Below are positions 1 through 11,889 of a stretch of DNA of 64,000 nucleotides, one piece after another. The DNA lies in contig CM052817.1 of the NCBI GenBank assembly GCA_028534125.1, positions 15,688,001 to 15,752,000 on the forward strand, given 5' to 3'. The notes beneath the pieces were generated by a model. The model saw only the letters and a program-made list of their open reading frames with translations. It ran no database searches and was not told the origin of the DNA. The translations under genes were made by a program, and so were the position numbers. The DNA comes from Lama glama (taxonomy: Eukaryota). Position 1 is the stretch's first letter. Each line of letters begins with the position of its first letter.

Positions 1-554
1 CAGCACTGAAATGACATTCTAAGCGGCATGTCTGTGTGTTATAACCAGGTGCCAGTTTCTCCCTGTTTTTGCCTTCCACATCAACAGCAGGAAAGGCAAA
101 AGATTGGCTTGGACATTGCCAAAGCAAGGGAGAAATGCCTTTAGTTATTATTACCAAAGTAAATGAAGAAACTGCAGACCAGATGGGTGTATATTATCTA
201 TCCAACTAAAAAAGTGTCTTGTTAACAGAGATAAATGGTCTGAAATGGCAGAACATTTTCTTGCAATCTTAAAAAATAATAGCAGCAATATTTCAGAGGA
301 TAATTCTGCAATTTTTTCAAGGTTTCTGCTCAAAACCACATTTGATATTGATAGATACATTCTTTAACTGCTCATTGACACATCCATAAATATGTGAAGT
401 TGAAAGGAAATTAAAAAAAAGAATCCCAACTGTAATACTCTCTCTTGGAAGCTTGAAGACAGGACAGCACCCAGTAGAGCTGAAGATGTTTCATTCATTC
501 CTGAATCAAGTTTAGCAACACAAAATAGAAGTAGAGTGATGCAGAGAATGTGCA

Positions 555-755
555 GGTTAGAAGAATCAGACAGATCTGGGCCACTCTTATTACCATCTCC
601 ATGACCTTGAGTGGGTCAAATAATGTTATGGAATCTCAGTTTTCATATCTCTAGCATATAGATAAAATCTAGGATTTTAGGATTGCCATGAGAATTTTAA
701 AAATGCCTTGTATGTATCCTGTCTGGTGGATGCAAGGTGCCATCTAAATGTTAAC
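555..755 (+). mobile_element. MIR SINE, diverged
   Basis: gaatcagacagatctggg...atgaccttgagt...atctcagttttcatatct...aaatgttaac follows the MIR core and tail order. Confidence 0.6.
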
Positions 756-1616
756 TTCTCGACAAGCAAGATTGGTACAACACATTGGTTCTTTTCATCT
801 CCTAGAACAGAGCTTCCGGTTTTATACGACTGGAATGTTTTGTTTTCTTTCCATGTTATGGGTCCATCGCTCCAGTTTGGATAGAGAACAAAACAAGATC
901 TTGGCAAAAGTGTAAATATTATCCCCTTTTATAGTCCTTGGCCTGGTTACATTCATGTTACAGTTAAGTCTAAAATCCACTATGAATATGAAAACATTGC
1001 TTCATTTGCATTCAGCCATATCTATAGGCAAAAAAAAAAGGGTTATTTACTAGAAGAAAAATACAATTAAGTTCTGAGGTGTTTTATTTTATTTGGAAAG
1101 CCTCCTTTCTCCAGGAACATAACAATGACTTACTGATTTATAAAGTGCTATACTTGAGAGGCAGTCAAAATACTTCCCTTATAACCATGATACCTTGTAT
1201 TTCTAATCTTGGTAATACCCAGCTAGAACCTTACCCACTGCTTTTAAAGAGGCACTGGGACTTTTTTGTTTGTGTCATTTCAATTGCCCTTGTAGTCACC
1301 CAGGAGCCTCGGGTGGGTTTTAATATTTCCATTTTTAGCGTTGAGTTAGTCTGTTTGTTTAATTACTAAGGGTACTGAAGACCACAGGTGACTTACTAGC
1401 TTGTCAAGCCCGGATGAAACTACAACTCTGCATGTGCCACCCCAGGAATGAAAAAAAGAAGATGAAGATGTCTTTCCTGGGACTTGCAGCCCAGCTTTGC
1501 AAAGGCTGTTGTGGTTGGCACAACCAGAGGAGTTCCATCTTTCTTGGAGATTCAAGTGCGAGCACTTGATGATGATCACGTCAAGGCAAATGACCCTGGG
1601 GGGAAAAAGAAGGCAG

Positions 1617-1635
1617 CACGTGTGAGACTCACGTG
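1617..1635. promoter_or_regulatory. Tandem canonical E-boxes CACGTG-N7-CACGTG
   Basis: CACGTG at 1617-1622 and 1630-1635 with spacer tgagact. The motif is seen directly; function is inferred. Confidence 0.35.
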
Positions 1636-1989
1636 CCATCTTCATGATAGTGAGTCCAAAGCCAGCTACGCATGCTCCAGCCTCCCTCTGCTCTTCAGCA
1701 GAGCACCAGAGAAAGTATTCTGCTTGGATTAAGAAGACATAGCGTATAAAAATATACATACCTCAGCCCCGCATGGAAGCTGAGATGGGTGGTGGCAACT
1801 TCAGAGTCATTGCTCTGAATTCATGATAGAAGGGAGAACTCTGCGGCTTCCAGTGGACCTGAGGCTGTACTGATGTGATTAGATACGGATTTTAAGTGAC
1901 TCCATCACATCACCTTTCTTTCCAGAAAGCTCGTGTTCTGGAACCGGCTCCTTCTCTACTCACTCCATCCATGTGCTCCTGACTGGAGC

Positions 1990-2393
1990 TGCCATGTTTA
2001 TATTAGCCTCTCCCTCTTCCCCAGTCTGGACCAATCCCTGCACTTCTTGAGATATTTGAAAATTCAGGACAACAGAAGGTGATACAGTCTCCCTCTTGTG
2101 GTCAAAGCTAAAAATGTGAATCTTGTTTTTCCATATGCCTCTTCAGAAACAGGACATACAATGAAAATAATAGTAATAATAATAAAGTTAAAATGCAGAC
2201 AGAAGAGCAGTGAGACTTGGAGGGTCTAATCATTCACACCCCTGATTCTGATTGTTCCTGAGACTCACCTGGATCCGCAATTTGCTCTTGTTTGGTTGTT
2301 CAACTCTGCCGCGGTTGTGTCAGTTGATAAATGACCCTCTTGCCACTAGCTTGCTAAGGTTAGGTTTCTGATTCTTGTAACCAAGCTAATACA
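1990..2393 (+). mobile_element. ERVL LTR16-like solo LTR remnant
   Basis: 3' end gctaaggttaggtttctgattcttgtaaccaagctaataca resembles the LTR16 terminus; 5' boundary uncertain. Confidence 0.55.
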
Positions 2394-2799
2394 CTCATCA
2401 AAGTATTATTTACTTAGTGAAATTTTCTCCTAAGCAGGGACAGAACTAGCACTGTAATAAAACCCTCATTACTTGCTCACATGTACAGTGGTCTTACCTT
2501 GGTGGACAGAACACTTACCTCTGGTTTCACCAGCTGTTTCAACTCTCTGTGCTTTAAGGTCGCTCTCCATGGAATGACAGTGGTGACCTAGATCAGCGGA
2601 ATTAAGGGCAGCACACACACCACCGACCCCCTGTAGCAGTTATTAAGTGCCAACCTGGCATTCGTCCCCGGGACCGTCACTTCTGTTTCAGACTCTTTCC
2701 CGACACAGTATACAAGAGGAAATTTCTTTTTCTTTGTTGAACCTTAAATAATCTCACAATGTCAGTATAAGCTTTCTGCTATCCCAGTGTATTGGAACA

Positions 2800-2880
2800 T
2801 CAGGCATCTGATTCCCATGTCACAGGTAAGGAAACTGAAGCCCAAAGAGATCCATGGTTGACATAAAGCTGTTCAGCTTG
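2800..2880 (-). mobile_element. MIR core fragment
   Basis: cccatgtcacaggtaaggaaactgaagcccaaagaga = antisense MIR core. Confidence 0.6.
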
Positions 2881-3611
2881 CTTTTCACTCCTCTTTCCCA
2901 TTCAGGACAGGGAGGGGGAAGGAGGATTAAAAACGGTGGCAGCCTTTACGTGCAGTGAGTTTATTCCCTTGGAAAGGGAGCCGAGCAAGGCGAATCACCC
3001 CAGGCCTTTGCATGTTGCCTTGGAAATGATCTCCTTCTCTTCCCCGCCCCTTTCTCTCCCCTACCTTATCCCACCACATCAGTACCAGCTGGCTGTACCC
3101 CGCATTAGAGGAAGAATGGGGCCCCGCCGATTATTGCTTCTCTGTACTAAGATGTACCCTGGTGAGCAGCGCTCCCAAAGGGGTTTAACTTCTGAGTAGG
3201 AAATAACAGAGGAGCCAAGGGAAACTGGCTCAGGGACCCACTTTTGAACCCAAGCAGAGATGCAAATTTGGGGTCTAAGCATGCCATTTAGTCAACCATG
3301 CAAATTAGCACATGCTCACTTGCCCGGGGCCTGAAAGAAACCAGGAGGGGGGCCACCAGGAATTCCAAGCTGTTCTGTTTCTCCTTCAGTTGACTTCTGG
3401 TCATGTTTTAGTTGGTATGTGCTTCTGTAGATTCCTGTGGCTGGAGGTGAATGCTTGTTTTTCTAACCCAGGCATCAGGAAGCAGATGTGAAGTTAAAGA
3501 AATGAGTTAAGATCGAAGGTTAGTAACGGTAAATTTTAGAAGTAAACCAGGAAGAAAAGGTTAAAAGAATAGGTTATATAAAAATTATACCTATATCTAT
3601 ATAAAATTTTG

Positions 3612-3636
3612 CACACACACACACACATACATACAT
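3612..3636. repeat. (CA)n/(CATA)n microsatellite
   Basis: cacacacacacacacatacatacat. Confidence 0.9.
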
Positions 3637-4869
3637 CTGAAAAACTGGTACAAAAAATGCAATTCAACCTAGTCAACCCCACATCTAAGGATCTTTCTTT
3701 TTTTTTTTTTTCTTTTAAAGGTTACCATTTACAATCATTGTTTATGGGTGCAGGGGTTAGGACGGCCATGTTTAGTTGCAATTGTTCAAATATATGCTCT
3801 TCATAAAAGCGAGAGTCTCACTCTGACAAGGGTTGTAACCCTCGTGCAATTCCTCGGGCTCTAGCTGAATGGGAACTATTAGGTCCCAGCCACTTAGACC
3901 TTTCAGCAAAGTTTCCATTTCCCAATTATTGGAAGAGTGAGTCAAATAAAAGCAAATGTTGCTAAAGAAAACAACATAAAAAGAGTCTTTCAATATCTAA
4001 AGAAAGCCGGGGATTGATTGAAAGTAAGTAGTTAGAAATGCATCTCCATCCACGTCTTCAACTACAAAGGTGGTGAAAATCGGGGGTGGGGTGAGGGCAA
4101 GAGAGGTGGGAGCTTGGCACAGGGGCAAGGAGGGGAGAAAATTCACTGAAGGAAAGAAAGAGCATTGGTATCTGGTGTTTCCTCTGCAATTGAATGCTGT
4201 CAGGCCAGCATCACGCACATCCACCCAGATTGAACACATTGCTATTATGGAAGCAGCGCTCTCTTCTAGGGTAGATTAAAGAGCTAATAGGTGAAGCCAG
4301 CTGCAAGGAGCATCTGTCTTTTCATTTCAGAGCAAGAGTCCTTGCAGAACTGGAAAAATACAGGTTCCAGAGTGTTCAGGAGGTTGTAGCTGAGGAGGGA
4401 GTTTCAGCAATTTTCCAATTTTTAAAGCACCCTAGGCTTCATGAATCTCCATGAGTCCTTCCAGTGGGTGAATTGTCATAGCAGCTTCTCTGTCTAAATC
4501 ATTACTGGCGTGCAGAGACCTGGAGAATCCCAGCTTCACTTTACCTAAGATATTTCCTCTCAGCTGCCTTGTTCTTTGAGTAAAACCTGGGTGGGTCTAT
4601 TTGCACATCCTGGCTCCTGAATACCTGGGCTGATTCCTCCACTACTTACTCCCTGAAAGAATTGATGACTTGCATCTTCTCAGTCATCATAAACTAAACA
4701 GATGATAGGGAATTAGAAGTCTGCCAAACACTTGGGGGTTCATACAGCCAACTCATGGAATCTGTAAGAATTTCTCTGAGCAGGGATTGAGAACTAAAGT
4801 AGAAATTATAAGGCTGTCAGAGAAAGAAAAGTCACAAGATATTTGTTAAGAATCAGCGGTACGTCAAGC

Positions 4870-5030
4870 AATTGAAATGTGTTATCTCATGTAATCTTCA
4901 CAATAATCCTGTGAATCAAATCTGATTATTCCCGTCTTCACTGGGGAAATGTAGGATTTGTCAAGACTTTCCAGCATCCTTGGCGCCAGCCATGCGAGGT
5001 GAACTCAGCTGTCTTTGACTCCAAAAGCTC
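4870..5030 (-). mobile_element. MIR SINE, diverged
   Basis: atctcatgtaatcttcacaataatcctgtga...gaactcagctgtctttgactccaaa. Confidence 0.55.
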
Positions 5031-5065
5031 ATGGACCACAGAAAATGCATCCACTCTCCTGCCTC

Positions 5066-5405
5066 AGCTTTATTGAGATATAATTGACAAATAAAATTGT
5101 GAGGTATTTAAAGAGTACAACATGATGATTTGATTTACGTACACATTGTGAAAGGATTCCTCCCATTGAGTTAATTAACACATCCATCACCTCATCTATT
5201 TACCCTCTTGTGTGTGTGTGAGAACATTTAAGTTCTTCTACTCTCTTAGCAAATTTCAATTATACAAGACAATGCTATCAACTACAGTCACTATGTTATG
5301 TATTAGATCCTCAGACCCTATTCATCTTACAGCTGAACATTTATACCATTTTACAAACCTCTCCCTGTTTCCTCCACCTCCCAGCCCCAGCACAGCCACC
5401 TTTTA
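5066..5405 (-). mobile_element. L1 3' end, L1MA-type (L1MA9-like), 5'-truncated
   Basis: cagcttttattgagatataattgacaaataaaattg...catgatgatttgat...ctctcttagcaaatttcaa...attagatcctcagac, typical antisense L1MA 3' UTR. Confidence 0.85.
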
Positions 5406-5511
5406 AGTTTTATAGCCTTCTTCTGAAATCCCATTTTAAGTAGTAGACACTTCTGGGGTGAAGAGTGGATTCCTGTAGACCAATGTGCCCTGGGTTCCTA
5501 TGGTTTAGTAG

Positions 5512-5700
5512 CAGTGCTTTTCAAGCTTTTTTGAGCACGGTGCACAAAAGGAATGAACATTATTTTGACTCTGCACCTATATAACTATTACATATGTGTA
5601 TTATAACTAAAAACACTTCCCCAAATAATATTTTCTTTTATATATGCAATGGATTTTCATGTTTTAATGTATTTTAGACTAGTTGCTATGAACCCACTAA
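5512..5700 (+). mobile_element. hAT-Charlie non-autonomous element (Charlie4a-like), partial
   Basis: Starts cagtgcttttcaagcttttt (hAT TIR-like) and ends ...gaacccactaa as in Charlie4 elements. Confidence 0.5.
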
Positions 5701-5729
5701 CACAGTGGTTATGAATGGACACCATGGAG

Positions 5730-6412
5730 GAAGACCAGCTGGGATCAGATCTGAGTCTGGATACATACCAGTTGTATGACCTTGGAAGCATTATTTAACC
5801 TATAATAATAGGTTAAATAATAATAATGGATTGTGATGGTTATGTGTCAATTTGATTGGGCTCAAAGATGCCCAGAAATCTGGTAAAACATTATTTCTGG
5901 ATATGTCTGTGAGGCTGTCTGCAGAAGAGATTATCATTTGAATCTAGAGACTGAGTGAAGCAGATCATTTGCACTGATGTGGGTGGGCATCAGTCAACTC
6001 ACTGGGGGCTTGAATAGAACGGAAATGTGGGGAGAGTGTGAATTTGCTCTCTCTGCTTAAGCTGAGGCATCCATTTTTCTCCTGCCCTTGGACACTGGCA
6101 CTCCTGGTTCTCTGGTCTTTGAACTTACAACATGACTTCAACAATCATCCCCTCAATTCTCAGGCCTTTGAACTTGGCCTGTATCACACCACTCACTTCC
6201 CTGGGTCTCCAGCTTGCAGATGCCAGATCAGGGGACTTCTCAGCCTCCATGATCATATAAACCAATTCCTATAATAAATCTCTCGTGTATATCTTCATCT
6301 ATATCATATGGGTTTTGTTTCTCTGCAGAACCCTGACCAACATAAGGACATTGTGAACATTAAATAAATAAATATTACGTGAAAATCACTGACACATTAA
6401 TAAATGTTACCT
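5730..6412 (+). mobile_element. MIR split by the MLT2 LTR (pieces ~5730-5831 and ~6345-6412)
   Basis: gttgtatgaccttggaagcattatttaacc before the LTR; ttgtgaacattaaataaataaatattacgtgaaa...aataaatgttac after it. Confidence 0.6.
5832..6344 (+). mobile_element. ERVL MLT2 (MLT2D-like) solo LTR, full length
   Basis: tgtgatggttatgtgtcaatttgattggg...ggtaaaacattatttctgg...ctgggtctccagcttgcaga...aataaa...tctctgcagaaccctgaccaacata. Confidence 0.9.
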
Positions 6413-6719
6413 CTTATTTTGTGAGGCCCTTAGCATAATGTGTCACATAGATGGGGCACATTAACAGTGACTGACATACAGAAAGTGCTCCACAAATATT
6501 AGCCACTGTGGTAGTAGGTATTTATTATAATTACTAAGTATAGGACAATTGGCTAGGACTTTTGCATGACCTTGGAGTAAAGTAAAACAAAGTTCTGAAA
6601 GTAAAACAAAGGAATTTAGAAAATACTTGAATAAATGAGAAGAGATGAAATAGTATAAAAATTTTTGTAGAGACACAAACATTCTTACTACTTTGGGATC
6701 ATAGCCCACGCCATTTCCT

Positions 6720-6926
6720 TTTGTAACTTAATATCAAAAAATGTCATGTAATTATTTGTTTATTCTCTTATTTTAGACTCTTTATCTCGCTAGACTGTCA
6801 AGTCTTTCAGGGCTGAGACCCTGTCCATTAATTCACCACTGTGTTTTCTTAGCCTAGAGCTGTGACTTTTACATAGAAGTCCCTCTACAAATTACTACTT
6901 GTTGAATGAATAAAGAAATGAATGGA
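6720..6926 (+). mobile_element. L2 3' end
   Basis: ctagactgtcaagtctttcagggctgagacc...agcctagagc...gttgaatgaataaagaaatgaatgga tail. Confidence 0.75.
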
Positions 6927-7849
6927 CAAGCATTATTAGTTTATTTGTATCCATATGTTACAGTAATTGTTCAATTTAGTAAAAGCTATAGTCTTGTGGA
7001 TTAGTGGTTGTCAGTGAATAGAACTCTTCCCTAAAATTTACTCACTACCCACTTTTCAAAATCATGGAACCCATATGAAAGAGAGAGAGAGAAAACATAC
7101 AATGTGCTTTTTTAAACCCTAAAAGAAAAGCTAGATTTGGAGAAATTTGACCTTTCTCTGTGAAGCACATCATCCCAGGCTTGGGACATCTCCTGAGAAC
7201 TCTAAATGCCCTTGTGAGGTAGGGCTCAAAGATGAAGTTGGGACTTGCAGCTGCTTAAGGCTAGGAAGTTGGTAGCCCACGAATGCCCACTCCAGCCATG
7301 AGCCCGGAGAAGGGAGAGAAGCTGAATGAAATGACATCACCTAAATCTTCTATCCGTGTGTTTTTGCTTTTGACTTCCTCTATTGATCTGGGCAAAAGTA
7401 CAGAAGAAACTGGCAGGAGAAGAAAAGTACTGAAATCCAAGAGGGAAAAGACCTATGAGATTATGACACATTGTTTCTTGCTTTTGTTTCCAGCTTCTTT
7501 TCATGCCCAGTTGGCATTCCATCCTCAACCTCTCTCATTTTCATTTCTGTTAATAGAAGAGAATTCTGTTGATTCTGTTCATTGTGCTAATGTAAGGGAA
7601 TTACAAAGTGGGAATTCTCCAAAGCATTGAGGGATCATGATTCAGGGTACAATGGCCCCGATTCACCTCTCTAAGTGGGAGATAATAGGATGAACAAGGT
7701 CTTGAGATAAATAAGCCAATTATATAGTTTTGTTGAATGCCTACTGCTTACCTAATATTGTACAGAGGAGGAAGAAACAGAAGATTCAGTCCTTTTCAAT
7801 GAGCTATGAAGCTTTCTCTCTAGTAGGAGAGGATTGACTAAAACATGAA

Positions 7850-7957
7850 AGACATAAGGCACTGAGGGTCAGATTTGTTCCTTATTTATCCGTGATTCCC
7901 CATACTTAGCACCGGCCCAGCACGCAGTAGGTAAATGTTGGTGATTAACGGATGAGT
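7850..7957 (+). mobile_element. L2 3' end fragment
   Basis: ttagcaccggcccagcacgcagtaggtaaatgttgg. Confidence 0.55.
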
Positions 7958-7964
7958 AGATTAA

Positions 7965-8350
7965 AGTGGTACAAGCGTAACCCTTGGCATTGGGCAGACT
8001 TAGACCTCAAATCTGGCATTTTCTAGATATGTGATTCTACATAACTTGCTTGATTTCTCTAAGTGCTAGCTTTCAAAACTTTCCTCATCTTATCCTAAAC
8101 ACAGAAATTATAAAGATGAAGTGGATTAGAGCTTTATGTTTTATTACTGTATTATTTAATTACTTTATTTTGGTGCAGAGGAGGTAAGTACGTTCATTTA
8201 TTTTTAGAAGAGGTACTGGGGATTGAACGCAGGACCTCATACATGCTAAGAATGCACTCTACCGCTTGAACTATACCCTCTCCCCTGAGGTGGATTAGAG
8301 ATAAAACATCTAGTGCAGTTCCTGACAAGGACTGGCTGCTCAAACACAGT
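7965..8350 (+). mobile_element. MIR interrupted by a Vic-1-type SINE
   Basis: gcagacttagacctcaaatctggc...ttcctcatct before the SINE; ataaaacatctagtgcagttcctgac...gctcaaaca after it. Confidence 0.5.
8132..8285 (-). mobile_element. Camelid tRNA-derived SINE (Vic-1 type)
   Basis: Reverse complement reads ggggagagggtatagttcaagcggtagagtgc...gttcaatccccagtacctc plus an A-rich tail; 15-bp TSD tgaagtggattagag (8117-8131) / tgaggtggattagag (8286-8300). Confidence 0.88.
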
Positions 8351-8704
8351 TTCGCCTATGGTTGTGTTGAGATCATGCCTTCGTTCACACTCAGCATGGC
8401 TAGTTCCCAGTTCTAAATGTGAAGATGCCTGGACAAAGGGGGAAGCAGAGCATAATTCTTATGTTTATCTAGAAGTAGGGGTATGGGCTGTCCCCAGTTC
8501 AAATATGCTCCTCAAATATCTCCCCCACTCATGCTCTGCTGATCTCGGATCCAACCCTGAGCTGCTTCTTGGGTAATACTGATCCCTGGCAGAACACTAA
8601 AGGTTAGCCCAATTTGCACCCAGATAAAGAACAGACAGCCCAGTCCTATGAGGCGAACAGGTAGTAGGGTAATACTAAAGGCTTACAAGGCAGGCACCGA
8701 AGTT

Positions 8705-8915
8705 TACATGGTTGAAAGAAAATACACTTTGCCGGCGAATCCTGAGTTCAAGTCCAAGTCATGCAGTATCCTAGATACATGCATTAAGACACGTTACTTA
8801 ATCTTTCTGAACCACAGATGTTAAATGTAGATATTATCCCTAAGTTTGCTGTAAAAATTAAGTGACATGATGCATAATGCATTTAACACAGCTACTGGCA
8901 CGGAATAACTACCCA
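8705..8915 (+). mobile_element. MIR SINE
   Basis: cctgagttcaagtcc...gttacttaatctttctgaacc...aaaattaagtgacatgatgcat...ctggcacggaa. Confidence 0.7.
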
Positions 8916-9799
8916 ACGCCAGATTTTAGTATTTTTTGCTCCTCTAGACTTGATATTAGAACCCTACAGTGAGTGCGCCCATTATGCCCTCTTAGACTAT
9001 TTCTAAAAATACTTTAATTTCACACTGCTTCATTGAGCACTAATATTTCTCAACCTTCTAAATCAGAAGCCTTTTTAGTTTGTGAAAAATTGATCATTTC
9101 TGTCACTGGACCCCAGAAACTCTCAACTTGTGAAATAGTTAAACTTTCCTTCTTGAACTGAAGAAACTTCATCAACGGCCATTACCAGCTGTGGCAATGA
9201 CTTCCTTCAAAGCCTCTAGAGGGCAATTTCCTCCTAAATTTCATCTGACTTGTGATTCCAATTTAGCCAGAATTATGAAATGTCCCTTCAAATTAAGTAA
9301 ACCACAGCAGTCCCTGTGCTATCTGCAGGATGACAATATATCCCATTAGCCTTGCTCTGCAGATTTCAGTGAAATCCAAACTCATCTGTGATCGTCCCAC
9401 GACCGGCACAGTTGCCCTTGATCAGCACCTAAAGTCTATCAATAGAAAGGCGGCCCCAGCCAGCAATAGAGTGTTAACTTGCAAAAAGAGAAACCTACAG
9501 TTCGTGATTATTTATTGAGATGTTGAAGTCTCTAGACACAAATCAAGATACAGAAAACAGAAAATTAGGGGACTCCACCATTGTTAGTGAACTCTCTCAA
9601 GAGAGGGTAGAAATATTACATAAATATCATGTGATTCTGTGTTCATAAATGGAAAGAATTGTATTTGAGGACAGGAAAGTGAAACATTTGATATTGTTAT
9701 CCAGGAAAAGAAGTTTTCAGACATGTTAGCTAAAGAAGTGGATCGTGCCACATGGCATTACAGAGGAGAAGGTATCTCACACGGCTAATCTATGCCAAT

Positions 9800-9980
9800 C
9801 TGCTGGGCGTCCTTTGTTTATATCACATAATCCTTTCTACAACTCTATAAAAAACTATTATCTCAATTTTAAAAATGAGTTGAATTGAGGTTAAGAAAAG
9901 TGGAATAGTCCATCCAAGGGCACAGAGGTAGAGATGGAGGAATTAGGATGGGGATGTAGGTCCATTGTGCTGTAGAATCT
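9800..9980 (-). mobile_element. MIR SINE
   Basis: taatcctttctacaactctat...attatctcaattttaaaaatgag...ccaagggcacagaggtag. Confidence 0.7.
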
Positions 9981-10113
9981 ACACCTCAGGTTGTCTATGA
10001 TGCTAAAAGGCAGACAAATAAAGCATCAGAAGCATTATTTCCTTGAGGACAAGAGCTAAAGAAGGATAATTTTCAATTCAATGTCAAAGTTAATTCAACT
10101 CAATTCTTTAAGA

Positions 10114-10435
10114 ATTTTTTTTTTATTGAAGTATAGTTGATTAACAATGCTGTGCTAGTTTCTGGTGCACAGCATAGTGATTTAGTTTTATACATATATA
10201 TATTCTTTTTCATATCCTTTTCCATTATAGATTACTGCAAGATACTGAATATAGTTCCCTGTGCTATACAGTAGGACCTTGTTGTTTATTTATTTTATAT
10301 ATAGTGGTTGTATCTGATAATCCCAAACTCCTAATTTATCCCTCCCCTATGCCACCAACCCCACCCCAGCTTATCCCCCTGATAACCATCAGTTTGTTTT
10401 CTCTGTCTGTGAGTCTGTTTCTGTTTCATAAAAAA
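10114..10435 (-). mobile_element. Cetartiodactyl-type L1 3' end, 5'-truncated
   Basis: T-run then attgaagtatagttgattaacaatg...atagttccctgtgctatacagtaggaccttgttg...ctgtgagtctgtttctg. Confidence 0.9.
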
Positions 10436-10514
10436 GTTTTAAGTAACTGCAATCACAGACTTCTATCAGTTGCCCCAGAGAAGCTATGTATCTTAAGGTT
10501 TATACCTGTGGGTT

Positions 10515-10720
10515 CTAGGGTCAGATTCTCTTTGTATTTGAATCTCTAATCTGTTTCTTGCTAGCTGTGTAAACTCAAAGAAAGAAACTTAATGCCCAGT
10601 GTCTGTAAAATAAATATAAAAACAATTACCTTGCACATTTTCCATGCAGATTAAACGAGATGGTATGTAAAAGCAAAGAACATTGCCTGGCATAGTGTGC
10701 ACTCAGCACATGGTGGCTGT
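10515..10720 (+). mobile_element. MIR SINE
   Basis: tttgaatctc...ctagctgtgt...tctgtaaaat...gattaaacgagat...tgcctggcatagt. Confidence 0.7.
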
Positions 10721-11704
10721 TGTTATTCCATCTTTAATACAAAGCTACCTTACAAATTAACATAATGTAAATGAAATGGTTGAATTATTCAGTGGAAATA
10801 TTATTTATTGTGAGAGGAGAACAGAGTAAGAGTGGACAAGCACTGCTTATTCAGGACAAGGAAAAAGTTGAACCCAATCATCATTCCTCTTCCAGAGTTA
10901 CAAGAGAACATTCTAGAACACAGGAGTATTAGGTGGACTCCCCCATGGTATGGCTGAGAGCCATAGAGCCAACAGATGGGGAGGGGAAAGGCTCTTACCT
11001 GCCTGTGTTAAAATTTTCTATTATTATTTATTCAAAATATCAGAGGGCAAAGCTTTCACTACAGCTTGTGGCGATGAACATTGACTGGGGAAATCTAGTG
11101 GGCAGCAGTCATCCAAAGCTACTCTGAAGGTGTGGATCATCCCAAGAACAGTATTGCTCTCCTTCGGAATCTGATGCTCCTGTTCTTTAAGGACCCTGCT
11201 TAGCTGCCGGCTGAGGTGCAACACACCCTTTTTAAAGAAGTAGTTCATCCAGGACAGTTTCCTCAATTCTGATCAATAGTTTTGTTGGGAAATAGTTTGC
11301 CACTCATGGCCACAGAAATGCTTACAAGTGCCCCCAAACTCCTACAATCCATGCTGTCCCACATCCTCTGGGCCCCTAATCTAGATAGCTGAATCTGGCC
11401 CTATTTAATCAGAGGCAAGAAACGGGATCCCAGTGGTAGAAACAGGGCCGTGGAGAACCTCCAGAACACTGAGAAGTGGCCCCTGCCAATCCTGCACACA
11501 TCCCAGCCCCATTTCATGTTAAAGATGATACATGCCCTGGACTCTTTTGGCCATTACCTCCGCGTGCCTTGCTGTCATTTCATTCCCTAAGCAGAAGGTA
11601 GCTATGTGGAACCCTACTAAGCCAATCTATCTCTGTATGGAGCAGTCTCATGCAGGAAATGATCACCATCTTCAGCAGATTCCATATGAAGATGAGAGAG
11701 GTCA

Positions 11705-11889
11705 TCTACTGTACAGCACAGGGAACTACATTCAATTTCTTATAATAAGCGATAATGGAAAAGAATCTGAAAAAAATATATGTATGTATATGTTTAACTG
11801 AATCACTTTGCTGTGCACCTGAAACCACCATTGTAAATCAACTACACATTGAAAAAAAAATTTTTTTAAGGGGGTAAAAAGGGGAAAAA
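11705..11889 (+). mobile_element. Cetartiodactyl-type L1 3' end, short
   Basis: ctactgtacagcacagggaactacattcaa...aatcactttgctgtgcacctgaaac...ttgtaaatcaactac; TSD aagatgagagaggtca (11689-11704) / aagatgagcaaggtca (11890-11905), 14/16 identical. Confidence 0.88.

Noticed and set aside
7610..7620. Isolated NF-kB-like site GGGAATTCTCC and scattered AP-1 TGAGTCA sites
   Set aside because: Single short motifs at about chance frequency with no supporting cluster.
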